DNA of 64,000 nt from Ahrensia sp. (GTDB taxonomy: Bacteria; Pseudomonadota; Alphaproteobacteria; Rhizobiales; Rhizobiaceae): assembly GCA_028817895.1 (NCBI GenBank), contig JAPPOQ010000005.1, forward strand, positions 98,652 to 162,651. Reading direction: 5' to 3'. Positions 38,134-47,572 of the stretch are shown here, piece by piece. Both the position numbers and the translations under genes were made by a program. Below the pieces are notes generated by a model, which saw only the letters and a program-made list of their open reading frames with translations, was not told the DNA's origin and did no database searches. Each line of letters opens with the position of its first letter. Within the stretch, counting starts at the first letter, position 1.

Positions 38134-39888
38134 ATGGCCGATATTGAAACAGATGTCCTGATCATTGGAACCGGACCGGCTGGCGGGTCCATGGCGGCGT
38201 TGCTGTCGAGTTATGGCGTCGAGAACATGGTGGTGAACCGCTATCGCTGGCTTGCCAACACACCCCGCGCTCACATCACCAATCAACGGACGATGGAAGT
38301 TTTGCGTGACCTTGGCCACGATGTTGAGGCGGAGGCCTATCTCCACGCCACGCCCAACACGCTGATGGGCAACAACGTATTCTGCACATCACTGGCGGGC
38401 GAAGAGCTTGGCCGGCTGCCGACCTGGGGCACGGCGCCCCATTCGGCGGCGGAACATGCCTTGTCGTCGCCAACCCACATGAACGACCTTCCGCAGACCT
38501 TCATGGAACCTCTGTTGTACAAGACGGCCTGCTCGCGCGGCACACAAGGCCGCATGTCGACAGAGTACGTCTCCCATGAACAGGACGCGGAGGGCGTAAC
38601 GACAACGTGTCTGGACCGACTGACCGGCAAGGAATTCACGATCCGCTCGAAGTATCTGATCGGTGCGGATGGCGGAAATTCGAAAGTTGCGGAGCATGCA
38701 GGTCTGGACTTTGAAGGGCAGATGGGCGTCGCAGGGTCGATCAATCTGCTGTTTAAGGCCGACCTTTCCAAATATGTCGCGCATCGCCCCTCGGTCCTCT
38801 ATTGGGTGCTGCAACCCGGATCGAATGTTGGTGGCATCGGTATGGGTGTGGTGCGTATGATCCGCCCCTGGCACGAATGGCTCGCCATCTGGGGATATGA
38901 CATAAACGAACCGGCTCCCGAGGTCACAGAAGACTTCGCCAAGGAAACCATTCGCAATCTCGTTGGCGATCAGGAACTGGAGATCGACGTCACGTCCGTT
39001 TCGACCTGGACGGTCAACAACATGTACGCCAAGTCCCTTGCCAATGGTCGTGTCTTTTGTGCGGGAGATGCGATCCACCGCCATCCTCCATCCAATGGAT
39101 TGGGGTCCAACACGTCCATCCAGGACGCGTTTAATCTGGCATGGAAGATTGCGATGGTGCTCAAGGAGCAGGCCGGCGAGGGTTTGCTGGCCTCCTATCA
39201 GGCCGAACGCGCGCCCATCGCCAAACAGATCGTCACCCGCGCCAACCAATCCATCGACGAATTCGGGCCGATCTTCGGAGCGCTGGGCCTTCTTGATTCC
39301 ATCGATCCTGTCACCATGCAGGCCAATATGGATGCGCGTATCGACAACACCGAAGATGCTGAAAAGCAGCGGCAGGCCATTGCTGAGGCGATTGCTTTCA
39401 AGAAATATGAGTTTGACGCGCATGGTGTGGAGATGAACCAGCGTTATGTTTCAGACGCGGTGATGGGAGACGGAACCGGAGCACCCGAATTCGAGAAGGA
39501 TGCCGAGCTGCACTGCCAGCAGACCAGCTTCCCAGGCGCTCGGGTGCCCCATGTCTGGCTCTACGACATGGCAGGAAACAAAACTTCGACCCTCGATCTG
39601 TGCGGTCAAGGTCGCTTCACCATTCTTACCGGCATTGGCGGCGATGGATGGGAAGAGGCAGCCGCCACCATCGGCGAGGAACTTGGCATTGAGATCGCAG
39701 TCCACAAAATCGGACCGCGCCAGCACTGGCAGGATTTCTCGGGCGACTGGATGCGTGCGCGCGAGATCCGCGATGGCGGGTGTCTGCTCGTCCGCCCAGA
39801 TCAGCATGTCGCTTGGCGCTCGCAGGCCGCCGTTTCCGACGCGACGGAGCAGTTGCGGAAGGTGACAAGAGCGATACTAGCGTTGTAA
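38134..39888 (+). CDS. FAD-dependent aromatic-ring monooxygenase (PheA/TfdB phenol hydroxylase family)
   Basis: DVLIIGTGPAGGS dinucleotide fold, the GDAIHRHPPSNGLGSNTSIQDAFNLAWK motif and a C-terminal thioredoxin-like extension; 584 aa. Confidence 0.85.
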   Translation: MADIETDVLIIGTGPAGGSMAALLSSYGVENMVVNRYRWLANTPRAHITNQRTMEVLRDLGHDVEAEAYLHATPNTLMGNNVFCTSLAGEELGRLPTWGTAPHSAAEHALSSPTHMNDLPQTFMEPLLYKTACSRGTQGRMSTEYVSHEQDAEGVTTTCLDRLTGKEFTIRSKYLIGADGGNSKVAEHAGLDFEGQMGVAGSINLLFKADLSKYVAHRPSVLYWVLQPGSNVGGIGMGVVRMIRPWHEWLAIWGYDINEPAPEVTEDFAKETIRNLVGDQELEIDVTSVSTWTVNNMYAKSLANGRVFCAGDAIHRHPPSNGLGSNTSIQDAFNLAWKIAMVLKEQAGEGLLASYQAERAPIAKQIVTRANQSIDEFGPIFGALGLLDSIDPVTMQANMDARIDNTEDAEKQRQAIAEAIAFKKYEFDAHGVEMNQRYVSDAVMGDGTGAPEFEKDAELHCQQTSFPGARVPHVWLYDMAGNKTSTLDLCGQGRFTILTGIGGDGWEEAAATIGEELGIEIAVHKIGPRQHWQDFSGDWMRAREIRDGGCLLVRPDQHVAWRSQAAVSDATEQLRKVTRAILAL

Positions 39889-39896
39889 GTTAGTAG

Positions 39897-40442
39897 CTAT
39901 CGCTGCGCCGCGATATGCTTGGCGATGGTGCCGATGATGTCTTCAATCGTCGCATCAATACTGACGCTGAACACATTCTCATCCGAGCCGGGAATTTCGA
40001 GCGTTGCAAACTGGCTGTCTAGCAGACTGGTCGGCATGAAATGGCCCTTGCGGGCTGCCATGCGTGATCCGATTAGGTTTCGCGAGCCGTCAAGATAGAT
40101 GAACTGAACCGGTTCATCCGCCTGTTGGGAAATTAGTTGGCGATAGCTGCGCTTGAGGGCTGAACAGCCAATCAGTGCCACCCCCTCAATTGAGGCGAGC
40201 TTGCGGCCGACTTCGGTCAACCATGGCCACCGGTCCTCATCGGTGAGCGCTTCGCCGGCGCTCATCTTGTCGATATTGGCCTGCGGATGCAGGTCATCGC
40301 CATCGACATAGGTGCCGCCAATTTTCGCAGCGACACCTTCTCCGATTGTCGACTTGCCGCTGCCAGCAACTCCCATGACGACGAAAAGCCGAAACGCAGA
40401 TGAAGAAGCATCAGAGTGAGGCTGTGATTCCACCGTCGACAT
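39897..40442 (-). CDS. gntK: gluconokinase
   Basis: P-loop MGVAGSGKST and GDDLHPQANIDKM...DEDRWPWL. The start is uncertain (40442 or 40457) and overlaps the upstream SDR stop. Confidence 0.8.
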   Translation of the reverse strand: MSTVESQPHSDASSSAFRLFVVMGVAGSGKSTIGEGVAAKIGGTYVDGDDLHPQANIDKMSAGEALTDEDRWPWLTEVGRKLASIEGVALIGCSALKRSYRQLISQQADEPVQFIYLDGSRNLIGSRMAARKGHFMPTSLLDSQFATLEIPGSDENVFSVSIDATIEDIIGTIAKHIAAQR

Positions 40443-41187
40443 ATAGGATGTGTCCATTAACGAAGCTTGAGGCGGGCGACGCCAGAAATATGCATGCGCC
40501 GATCAATTCTTCAACCTGACCCCATCGGCGCGCGGGCGTCCGCTGTTCCAACCAGGCGCAGAAATCACGATCTGCCACCAATTCTGCATTAAGCGGTGTA
40601 TCGAAATAGCCCGGAGCAATCGCATTGCATTGCAAGCCATGGCGCGCCCAATCGGTCGCCATGCCCTTTGTGAGATTGCCAACCGCGCCTTTTGTTGCCG
40701 CATAGGGTGCAATTCCCGGTCGTGCCAAAGCTGTCTGCACGGAAGCGATATTGATGATCTTGCCATGGCGGCGTTTGATCATGTGCTGGGCAACGGATTT
40801 GCCGACGTAGAATGTGCTGGCAATGTTCGTGCGCAAAAGCTGTTCAAACACGTCTTCGGGAAAATTCTCCAACGGAGCACGATGTTGCATACCGGCATTG
40901 TTGACGCAGATATCAATTGGCCCAGTCTGCGCTTCGAACGAATCTACTGCTGAAGAAACGGCATCCGCGTCTGTTACGTCAAACGATGCCGTGTGGATTG
41001 TCGCGCTCAATGTTTTGAGACGTTCCGCAGCAGCAGCGAGTTTTGCGCGGTCCCGCCCATTCAACAGGATAGTGGCCCCCGCTTCAGCAAGCCCTTTGGC
41101 CAGGGCGTATCCGATGCCTTGGGAAGAACCGGTGATCAGCGCCGTTTTACCTTTCAGGCTGAACTGATTGAGGTTTGGATCACTCAT
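40411..41187 (-). CDS. short-chain dehydrogenase, gluconate 5-dehydrogenase-like
   Basis: Motifs ITGSSQGIG and YAATKGA. Coupled to gntK. Confidence 0.75.
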   Translation of the reverse strand: MSDPNLNQFSLKGKTALITGSSQGIGYALAKGLAEAGATILLNGRDRAKLAAAAERLKTLSATIHTASFDVTDADAVSSAVDSFEAQTGPIDICVNNAGMQHRAPLENFPEDVFEQLLRTNIASTFYVGKSVAQHMIKRRHGKIINIASVQTALARPGIAPYAATKGAVGNLTKGMATDWARHGLQCNAIAPGYFDTPLNAELVADRDFCAWLEQRTPARRWGQVEELIGACIFLASPASSFVNGHILYVDGGITASL

Positions 41188-41292
41188 GACCTGGATCGCC
41201 CATGGCAATATCCCGCAGCGCGGTTGAAAATCGAAACGCGAAGCCGCCTCATATCGACGCCCCTTTGCTTGGCCGTGGCAAGAAACGCAGAG

Positions 41293-41811
41293 TCATGCGG
41301 AGCGCAACGCGGCTGATACCCGACTCGACCCGCCGCCACTGTGATGAGAATGACAGATTGCAATGGCGAGCGCGTCAGCGGCATCGTCGCTGTCCCATCG
41401 CGCCTTGGGCAGCAGCCTTTTGACCATCATCTGAATCTGGCTCTTGTCGCCATGGCCAACGCCGATCACCGACTTTTTGACGGCATTTGGGGCGTATTCA
41501 GACACGTCCAGACCCGCCAATGCGGGCACCAGTAGCGCGATGCCCCGCGCCTGGCCGAGTTTCAGAGTGGCTGTTGCGTCTCGGTTGACGAAAGTGTTTT
41601 CTACTGCCGCTTCCAATGGCTTCCAATCATCGATGACCTGCTTCAAGCCATCGTGCAACTGGCACAGCCGGGACGCGAGGTCGGTCTTCGCATCTGAGCG
41701 CACCGTGCCGGCGCCCATAAAGGTCAACGAGGAGCCTTGTGTTGCGACCACACCCCAGCCCGTATTGCGCAGGCCGGGGTCGATACCGATGATGCGCACG
41801 GGTTCATCCAT
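41293..41811 (-). CDS. ruvC: Holliday junction resolvase RuvC
   Basis: N-terminal [15 protein letters not shown] and C-terminal [12 protein letters not shown]; 172 aa. Confidence 0.93.
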   Translation of the reverse strand: MDEPVRIIGIDPGLRNTGWGVVATQGSSLTFMGAGTVRSDAKTDLASRLCQLHDGLKQVIDDWKPLEAAVENTFVNRDATATLKLGQARGIALLVPALAGLDVSEYAPNAVKKSVIGVGHGDKSQIQMMVKRLLPKARWDSDDAADALAIAICHSHHSGGGSSRVSAALRSA

Positions 41812-41837
41812 GTCCGATCACCCGCCGCTTCTGGTCA

Positions 41838-42641
41838 TTACATCATGGCAAAGATGCGAGCGGGGCCACCGGTGCCGCCCTTGTGCTTTGGTGCCCCAAC
41901 AACAAGGGTCGCACCGCTTTCGGGTACAGCGTCGAGATTGGCAAGGTTCTCAATCCCGTAACGACCGGATGGCAACCACGCATAATGAGTGGCGAAATCA
42001 GCAGACGGGCCGTGGTCGAGCGACAGCGTATCAACAGCCATGGCCACAGCACTCGTTTCCTCCATCAGCATCTTTGTGGCTTCGGGATGGAAGCCCGGGA
42101 AATGTAGCTTCTTTTCGGCGTCTCGCCCGGTATAGGCCGCCTCGTCGCCGGACTTTGCCGACCAACCAGAGTTCATGGCCACGCAGCAATCTTCTGGTAT
42201 GTCGCCGTTTTTTGCGATCCATGCCTTCAAGTCATCGGGAGTTACCTGCGCGTCCGCGTCGGCTGCCGCCTTCTCCCTGATGTCGATCACAGCCAGCGGA
42301 ATGACAAGATTTTCAACGGCAATTTCATCGACCGATGTTCCATCCGCAGAGAAATGCAGTGGTGCATCAATATGTGTTGCGGTGTGTTCGTTAATCGACA
42401 GATCAAACAGGTTGAAGCCGTGTTCCTTGAAATTGAATTTCTGCTCCATTGAGATTCCGGGAACGCCGAAGAATGTCGGAAATTCCGGGGCCAGAGTGTG
42501 TGTCATATCGATGACTTCACCCAAAGCGGTCTTAGCCCCATGCCCGCCGGCGACTGCCGGTTGTGCTGTCAGAGTTGCCGTCGCCGTGGCCGTAACTGCC
42601 GCTCCTGCACTTGCCTTGAAGAGATCACGTCGCGACAACAT
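41838..42641 (-). CDS. Tat-exported cyclase-family metal hydrolase (paralog of 36402-37241)
   Basis: Twin-arginine signal MLSRRDLFKASAGAAVTATA...AVA and the signature HTATHIDAPLH. Longer upstream starts exist at 42680 and 42806. Confidence 0.75.
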   Translation of the reverse strand: MLSRRDLFKASAGAAVTATATATLTAQPAVAGGHGAKTALGEVIDMTHTLAPEFPTFFGVPGISMEQKFNFKEHGFNLFDLSINEHTATHIDAPLHFSADGTSVDEIAVENLVIPLAVIDIREKAAADADAQVTPDDLKAWIAKNGDIPEDCCVAMNSGWSAKSGDEAAYTGRDAEKKLHFPGFHPEATKMLMEETSAVAMAVDTLSLDHGPSADFATHYAWLPSGRYGIENLANLDAVPESGATLVVGAPKHKGGTGGPARIFAMM

Positions 42642-42781
42642 GCGCTGTTTGACGGAATCGATGACGCAATGATGGCACATGCTGAGAATCTCCAGGCGGG
42701 TTGGGTGTTGATCGCAGCAGTGTGATACGGTTTGCAACAGGTGCGCAAGGGGCACCAAAGAGCGAGATGCAGCAGCAAGCT

Positions 42782-43516
42782 TCAGTTGTCGCGCTGGCGT
42801 CCCCATGGTGAGGCGCGCTCGGATTCGGCTACCTGCGGTGGAAGTTGCGCACCCTCCTCCAGTTCAACCGCTTCGGGGACCATCACAACCCGATCGAACA
42901 GAGGAACCGATCTGCGCTTCATCAGACCGACCAGTACCACACCGGCGAACGCTCCGCCCACATGTGCCGCCCAGGAAATCTGATTGCCGCTGTCGACCAG
43001 ATACATGATGATCTGAAAGCCAATCCATCCCGTCAGTACCCAAACAGCTGGCAACTTCAATGGAATACGGCCAAAGAACAGGCCCCAGATCTTCATTTTT
43101 GGATGCAGCATCAAATAGGCGCCAACCACCCCTGCAGCAGCGCCGGACGCTCCGATCAAGGGCGCATCGGATGTTGGAAAGGAGAAGGCGTGAAACCAAG
43201 AAGCTGCGAAGGCGCAGGCGAGATAAAATATGAGGAAACGCAGATGCCCCATCGCGTCTTCAACATTGTCGCCAAAGGTCCAAAGAAACAACATGTTACC
43301 CGCCAGGTGCCAAAGGTCGGCGTGGAGGAAGGCTGCCGTGACTGCCGTTGCTCCATACCAGCTATCCGGCAACAGGCCCATCTCGGGCGGCAGGACCCGC
43401 AGATCATTGCTCACCGATGGTACGTGACCAAGCGCTATCGCGGCGAAGCGGTCAAATCCCGTCAGATCCAGGAGAAAATATACGGCGATATTGATCGCGA
43501 TCAGGGTGATCGTCAC
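42782..43516 (-). CDS. rhomboid-family intramembrane serine protease
   Basis: Polytopic, with the catalytic GASGAAAG motif and the downstream AAHVGGAFAG histidine helix. Confidence 0.85.
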   Translation of the reverse strand: MTITLIAINIAVYFLLDLTGFDRFAAIALGHVPSVSNDLRVLPPEMGLLPDSWYGATAVTAAFLHADLWHLAGNMLFLWTFGDNVEDAMGHLRFLIFYLACAFAASWFHAFSFPTSDAPLIGASGAAAGVVGAYLMLHPKMKIWGLFFGRIPLKLPAVWVLTGWIGFQIIMYLVDSGNQISWAAHVGGAFAGVVLVGLMKRRSVPLFDRVVMVPEAVELEEGAQLPPQVAESERASPWGRQRDN

Positions 43517-43633
43517 CCATTGCAGCGAGACATGCTGTATCGCTTTGCCGTCATAGAGCGGAATAAAGATGCGCGTCGCTCCCCTTCATCAAGGCCAAGA
43601 CACCTGTCGGAGTGCCCATGCTGGTGGCCTCTT

Positions 43634-44212
43634 TCAGCGATTGTCTCCCGGCACCCACAAGACATCCTCACTGCCACCGCGATTGGCGCGTCTGGCGGCA
43701 ACGAATAGAAAGTCAGACACGCGGTTGATGTAGCGAATTGTGCTTGGTGTAACCTGCTCACCGGGCTTCTCGGCCAATTCAACGATGAGTCGTTCAGCCC
43801 GGCGGGCAACCGTGCGTGCCACATGCAGAGCGGCTGAGGCGGGTGACCCGCCCGGAAGCACGAAAGAGCGCAAGGGCTCCAGATCTGCGTTCAGCAAATC
43901 AATATCCGCCTCGATGCGCTCCACCTGCGTGTCGATAATGCGCAGTGGTTCGTAGTCCAGCTGTTCCTCGCTCTCAGGTGTGGCGAGGTCAGCTCCAAGA
44001 TCGAAAAGATCGTTTTGAATGCGCTGAAGCATAGCGTGCAATTCGCCATCGTCCTTGCAATGCAGGCAGGACACGCCGATGGCTGCGTTGGCTTCATCCA
44101 CCGTGCCATAGGCATCGACACGCAGATCGTATTTCAGCCTGCGCTCACCCGTACCCAGCGACGTTGTGCCGTCGTCACCCGTCTTGGTATAGATCTTGTT
44201 GAGAACGACCAC
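43634..44212 (-). CDS. ATP:cob(I)alamin adenosyltransferase, PduO type
   Basis: N-terminal IYTKTGDDGTTSL motif; 192 aa. Confidence 0.9.
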   Translation of the reverse strand: MVVLNKIYTKTGDDGTTSLGTGERRLKYDLRVDAYGTVDEANAAIGVSCLHCKDDGELHAMLQRIQNDLFDLGADLATPESEEQLDYEPLRIIDTQVERIEADIDLLNADLEPLRSFVLPGGSPASAALHVARTVARRAERLIVELAEKPGEQVTPSTIRYINRVSDFLFVAARRANRGGSEDVLWVPGDNR

Positions 44213-44230
44213 GACGCGCCGTCCGGGGCG

Positions 44231-44848
44231 TCAAAACTTGTAGCCGAGACGCACGGATGCGTTGGACAGGCCACGGTTGCTGTCGTCATCCAGCAGTTCG
44301 GCATGTGACAGATGCTCGACCTGGAAAACCAGGCTGGCTTGCGGCGAAAGGTTGAAGCCAACCGCAAATGACTCTCGGAAAGTGAGGCTAGAGCCGAGGC
44401 CGGCGCGGGTTGGATTGGGCAGCGGACGCGCCCTGTCTTCGCCATTGTTCAACCCGGCACCGAAACCGAGTTCAAAAAACAGGATATCATTGGCACGATA
44501 TTGCCAGGTCAATCCGGCATAGACGTAGTCTGTGCCGTCACTGTCGAAATTGACCATGCCGCCAATGTGAAAGCGCGGCGTGGCCAAAACATGCAGAAAG
44601 TCATCCTTTGGTTCGGCGCGCATATCCCATTCAAACTGCCGAAACAGGATTTCCGCATTGAGACCAAACTGATTGTCTTCCGGGTGTCCGCTATCCAGCC
44701 ATTCAGGCTGCGCCCAGGTTCCCCCAAAGCGGGCTTCGTCGATGATGCCGTCAAAAGCATGGGCGGGCGCAGACAGTCCAAAAACGACCGTCACAACCAT
44801 AAGCACACGGGAGACAATCCCTCGCGGAAAGCAAGAATTCATCAGCAC
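44231..44848 (-). CDS. outer-membrane acyloxyacyl hydrolase (PagL-like lipid A deacylase fold)
   Basis: Signal peptide and beta-barrel-like alternating pattern ending in ...RLGYKF. It contains the HLSHA segment seen in this family. Confidence 0.6.
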   Translation of the reverse strand: MLMNSCFPRGIVSRVLMVVTVVFGLSAPAHAFDGIIDEARFGGTWAQPEWLDSGHPEDNQFGLNAEILFRQFEWDMRAEPKDDFLHVLATPRFHIGGMVNFDSDGTDYVYAGLTWQYRANDILFFELGFGAGLNNGEDRARPLPNPTRAGLGSSLTFRESFAVGFNLSPQASLVFQVEHLSHAELLDDDSNRGLSNASVRLGYKF

Positions 44849-44959
44849 GACCCCATTGGCGACTTCATGTCGCGTCGAACCGGTTAACGACTTGTCAACT
44901 CTTTAGCCAAGCCAGCGTGAATCGCAAGGTGGAGTCTCGAAATGGAAGAAAGCCCGCGT

Positions 44960-45145
44960 CTATCGTGACATTATCACCACAATGACGATCACGATCACTG
45001 CGATGGCCTGCGCGGCAACGCGCATGCGCATGAGTTTTTGCGACGTGTTGCCCGGCCCGGCCTGCATCATGTTCCACAAGCCGCGCAGCAGAACCAGGCC
45101 AACAATGGCGCAAAGTACTAGGATGAGGATACTGGTCCATTGCAT
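44960..45145 (-). CDS. twin transmembrane helix small protein (HIG1-like)
   Basis: 61 aa with two TM helices around QKLMRMRVAAQ. Confidence 0.7.
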   Translation of the reverse strand: MQWTSILILVLCAIVGLVLLRGLWNMMQAGPGNTSQKLMRMRVAAQAIAVIVIVIVVIMSR

Positions 45146-45178
45146 GGGAGGGCATTCCGCTTGCTGTCTGGGCGTGAT

Positions 45179-46183
45179 TTAGGGGTGACCGGCCTGATTG
45201 CCAAGGCGCGATCCTGACGCAGGAGACTTAAGCGATACAAGCGCCACAGCGAAGGCGCAAAGACCCATGCCGGACAGTTGCATGAGCGTTAGCGTCTCAT
45301 CAAACAATGCATAGGTCATCAAGGCCGCGACTGCCGGCACCAAAAAGAACATGGCCGACAGTTTCGACACCGAGCCGTTTCGGATCAGCCACATCAGAAG
45401 AAAGATCGCGCCGACCGACAGAATAAGGATCGACCAGAGCATTGCGATGATCAGTTCAACGGTCCAGTTCATCTCGCGCGTTTCGAAGAATGCGGACAAG
45501 AGCGCGACGGGAATGAATGCGCCGACATATTGCAAGGCGGTAGACGTTCGTATGTCCATGCGGCCGCCTACGCCCTTTTGATACAAAGTGCCAAGCGTTA
45601 CGCAGACCATGGCGAGAACGGTAACGCCGACGGTCTGCCAGGTGATGCCGGACGCAGTGAGGTCAAGGCCTGGTAAGATCACCAGACAAACTCCGGCAAT
45701 GCCGAAGGCGATGCCGATCCAGTGACGCGGTGTAATGGTTTCGCCAAGAAACAGGCCGGCCAGAATGGCCGTCAGCAAGGGTTGCAACCCGACAATTACC
45801 GCCGCGACACCGGCTGGCATGCCGCGATCAACGGCCCAGAAGATGCCACCCAGATAGACCCCGTGCAGAAGAACGCCGATTGTAATTGCATGAACAGCAT
45901 CTGCGCGACCCGGCCAGCGCGCGCCCATCAAGAAGCTGAAACCAGCCAGCAATGCGCAGGCCGCCGCAAATCGGAGCGCGAGAAATGTACCTGGCTCCGC
46001 ATAGGGCATGCCGAGTCGAGCGCCGACGAAACCGGTGGCCCAGAGACACACAAACAGCAGCGGTGCCAGCGCGGTGATGGTGGACGGAAAATTCACTGAG
46101 GGATAAAGCAGCCAGATTGGTTGGGCGATCGGGCCAGAAACGGATGAGTGTGATATTGTGGGCGCGATAGCCGATATTGTCAT
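45179..46183 (-). CDS. DMT-superfamily (EamA-like) transporter
   Basis: Ten predicted hydrophobic helices in a duplicated EamA pattern. The annotated ATG overlaps the divergent AEC gene, and a GTG at 46096 is an alternative start. Confidence 0.75.
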   Translation of the reverse strand: MTISAIAPTISHSSVSGPIAQPIWLLYPSVNFPSTITALAPLLFVCLWATGFVGARLGMPYAEPGTFLALRFAAACALLAGFSFLMGARWPGRADAVHAITIGVLLHGVYLGGIFWAVDRGMPAGVAAVIVGLQPLLTAILAGLFLGETITPRHWIGIAFGIAGVCLVILPGLDLTASGITWQTVGVTVLAMVCVTLGTLYQKGVGGRMDIRTSTALQYVGAFIPVALLSAFFETREMNWTVELIIAMLWSILILSVGAIFLLMWLIRNGSVSKLSAMFFLVPAVAALMTYALFDETLTLMQLSGMGLCAFAVALVSLKSPASGSRLGNQAGHP

Positions 46184-47123
46184 TCCTGTCTTCTGTCTTA
46201 TCGCGCTGGGTTACACCATCGCCCGAACCGGCTATTTGAAGGAAGCGGCTGGCGACGGGTTGACCGATTTCGTTTTCCGCGTCGCAGTCCCTATCTTGCT
46301 GATGAAATCGATTGCCACAGCACAGTTCGATGCGGCGGGCGGTTGGTTGGTCTGGATCGCTTTTGTCGCGACTTACTTCAGTGGCGTGGTGGTTGTCTGG
46401 ACTGCTGCGATGGTTCTGATATCGCGGGTTTTCGGTCGCGATCAGCGCGCTTCCATGATTTCCGGTGTGGCGGCTGGTTTTGCCAATCTCGTTTTGATGG
46501 GCATTCCGTTGGTGCAAAGAGCCTTCGGAGATGAAGGCCTTCAGACGTTCTTCATTCTTCTGTCTGTGCATCTGCCGGTCATGATGATCATTTCGACATT
46601 TGGAATGGAGTTTGCAGCACGCGCCGACGGTGTCGGCCAAACCCCAATTAGCCCGGCGACCATCGCTGCATCACTTGCGCGGAATCTGCTGAAGAACCCT
46701 TTGATCGTTGGAATTTTGATCGGGCTCGTCTGGAGGCTCTCTGGATTCGGACTGTCAGGTGTGGCTGAACAGGTGCTCGATCTGCTTAGCGCCACCACGG
46801 GACCACTCGCTTTGATTGCGCTTGGGGTCGGGCTCACAAAATATGGAATCAGGGGCAACCTTGCCCCGGCTATGGCTTTGTCTGTTTTGAGCCTTCTCGT
46901 GATGCCGGGCATCATCTGGCTGACAGGCTCTTTTGTTGCCGACCTGCCGACGCATTGGATTGCGGTTGCGGTGGTCGGCGCTGCATCCCCGACTGGGGTG
47001 AATGCCTATCTGTTTGCAACCCATTTCAAGACAGGGCAGGGGCTGGCCACCAACACGATCGTTTTGTCGACGCTGGGCTCCATCATTACACTTCCGTTCT
47101 GGTTGGCGTTGGTCGTCCTGTAA
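46158..47123 (+). CDS. AEC-family (auxin efflux carrier-like) transporter
   Basis: 321-aa polytopic protein with an N-terminal IVIPVFCLIALGY segment typical of the AEC family. GTG start. Confidence 0.75.
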   Translation: MGAIADIVIPVFCLIALGYTIARTGYLKEAAGDGLTDFVFRVAVPILLMKSIATAQFDAAGGWLVWIAFVATYFSGVVVVWTAAMVLISRVFGRDQRASMISGVAAGFANLVLMGIPLVQRAFGDEGLQTFFILLSVHLPVMMIISTFGMEFAARADGVGQTPISPATIAASLARNLLKNPLIVGILIGLVWRLSGFGLSGVAEQVLDLLSATTGPLALIALGVGLTKYGIRGNLAPAMALSVLSLLVMPGIIWLTGSFVADLPTHWIAVAVVGAASPTGVNAYLFATHFKTGQGLATNTIVLSTLGSIITLPFWLALVVL

Positions 47124-47146
47124 CGGCAATCGGGGCGAGATTTGCC

Positions 47147-47572
47147 TTAATTTTCCGTAGCCGTCTTGCATGCCGAACACATGCCCCGAAGTTCAATTGT
47201 CGATTTGCTGGGAGAGAACTCCAACTCGCGTGCCAGCCCTTCAATGGCTTTCGACAATCTGTCTTTGACGAGTTCCTGAACGCCGCCACACGTCTCGCAA
47301 ATCGTGAACAGAACGGTTTTCTCCTTGCGCCCGTCGCAAGCGGGGTGTTGGCAGGCAACGAAGGCGTTCAGGCTTTCAAGGCGATGCACCAGGCCGAACT
47401 CCACCAGCTTGTCCAGCGCTCGATAGACTTGCAGCGGCGCGCGAACACCGTCGCTGCGGATTTCATCGAGAATCGAATAGGCGCTCATGGGTCCTTTCGA
47501 TCCAGCAAGAGCCGACATCACAAGCGACTGGTTCTTGGTAAGGTCGGCGCCAATGTCTGTGCGTTTGGTCAT
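47147..47572 (-). CDS. zur: zinc uptake regulator Zur (Fur family)
   Basis: Winged-helix YRALDKLVEFGLVHR and Cys pairs (CQHPAC, CETCG). The ATG shares 1 nt with the znuB stop. 141 aa. Confidence 0.85.
   Translation of the reverse strand: MTKRTDIGADLTKNQSLVMSALAGSKGPMSAYSILDEIRSDGVRAPLQVYRALDKLVEFGLVHRLESLNAFVACQHPACDGRKEKTVLFTICETCGGVQELVKDRLSKAIEGLARELEFSPSKSTIELRGMCSACKTATEN

Noticed and set aside
38389-39423. 344-aa minus-strand ORF antisense to the FAD monooxygenase
   Set aside because: The plus-strand frame carries the FAD fold and GD..H..P..G.G.N motifs. The antisense product is Arg/Gly/Leu-rich with no motif.
46096-46183. 26-nt head-to-head overlap of the EamA and AEC transporter genes
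   Set aside because: This is most likely a start-codon assignment problem (an alternative GTG at 46096 for EamA) rather than a genuine divergent overlap.
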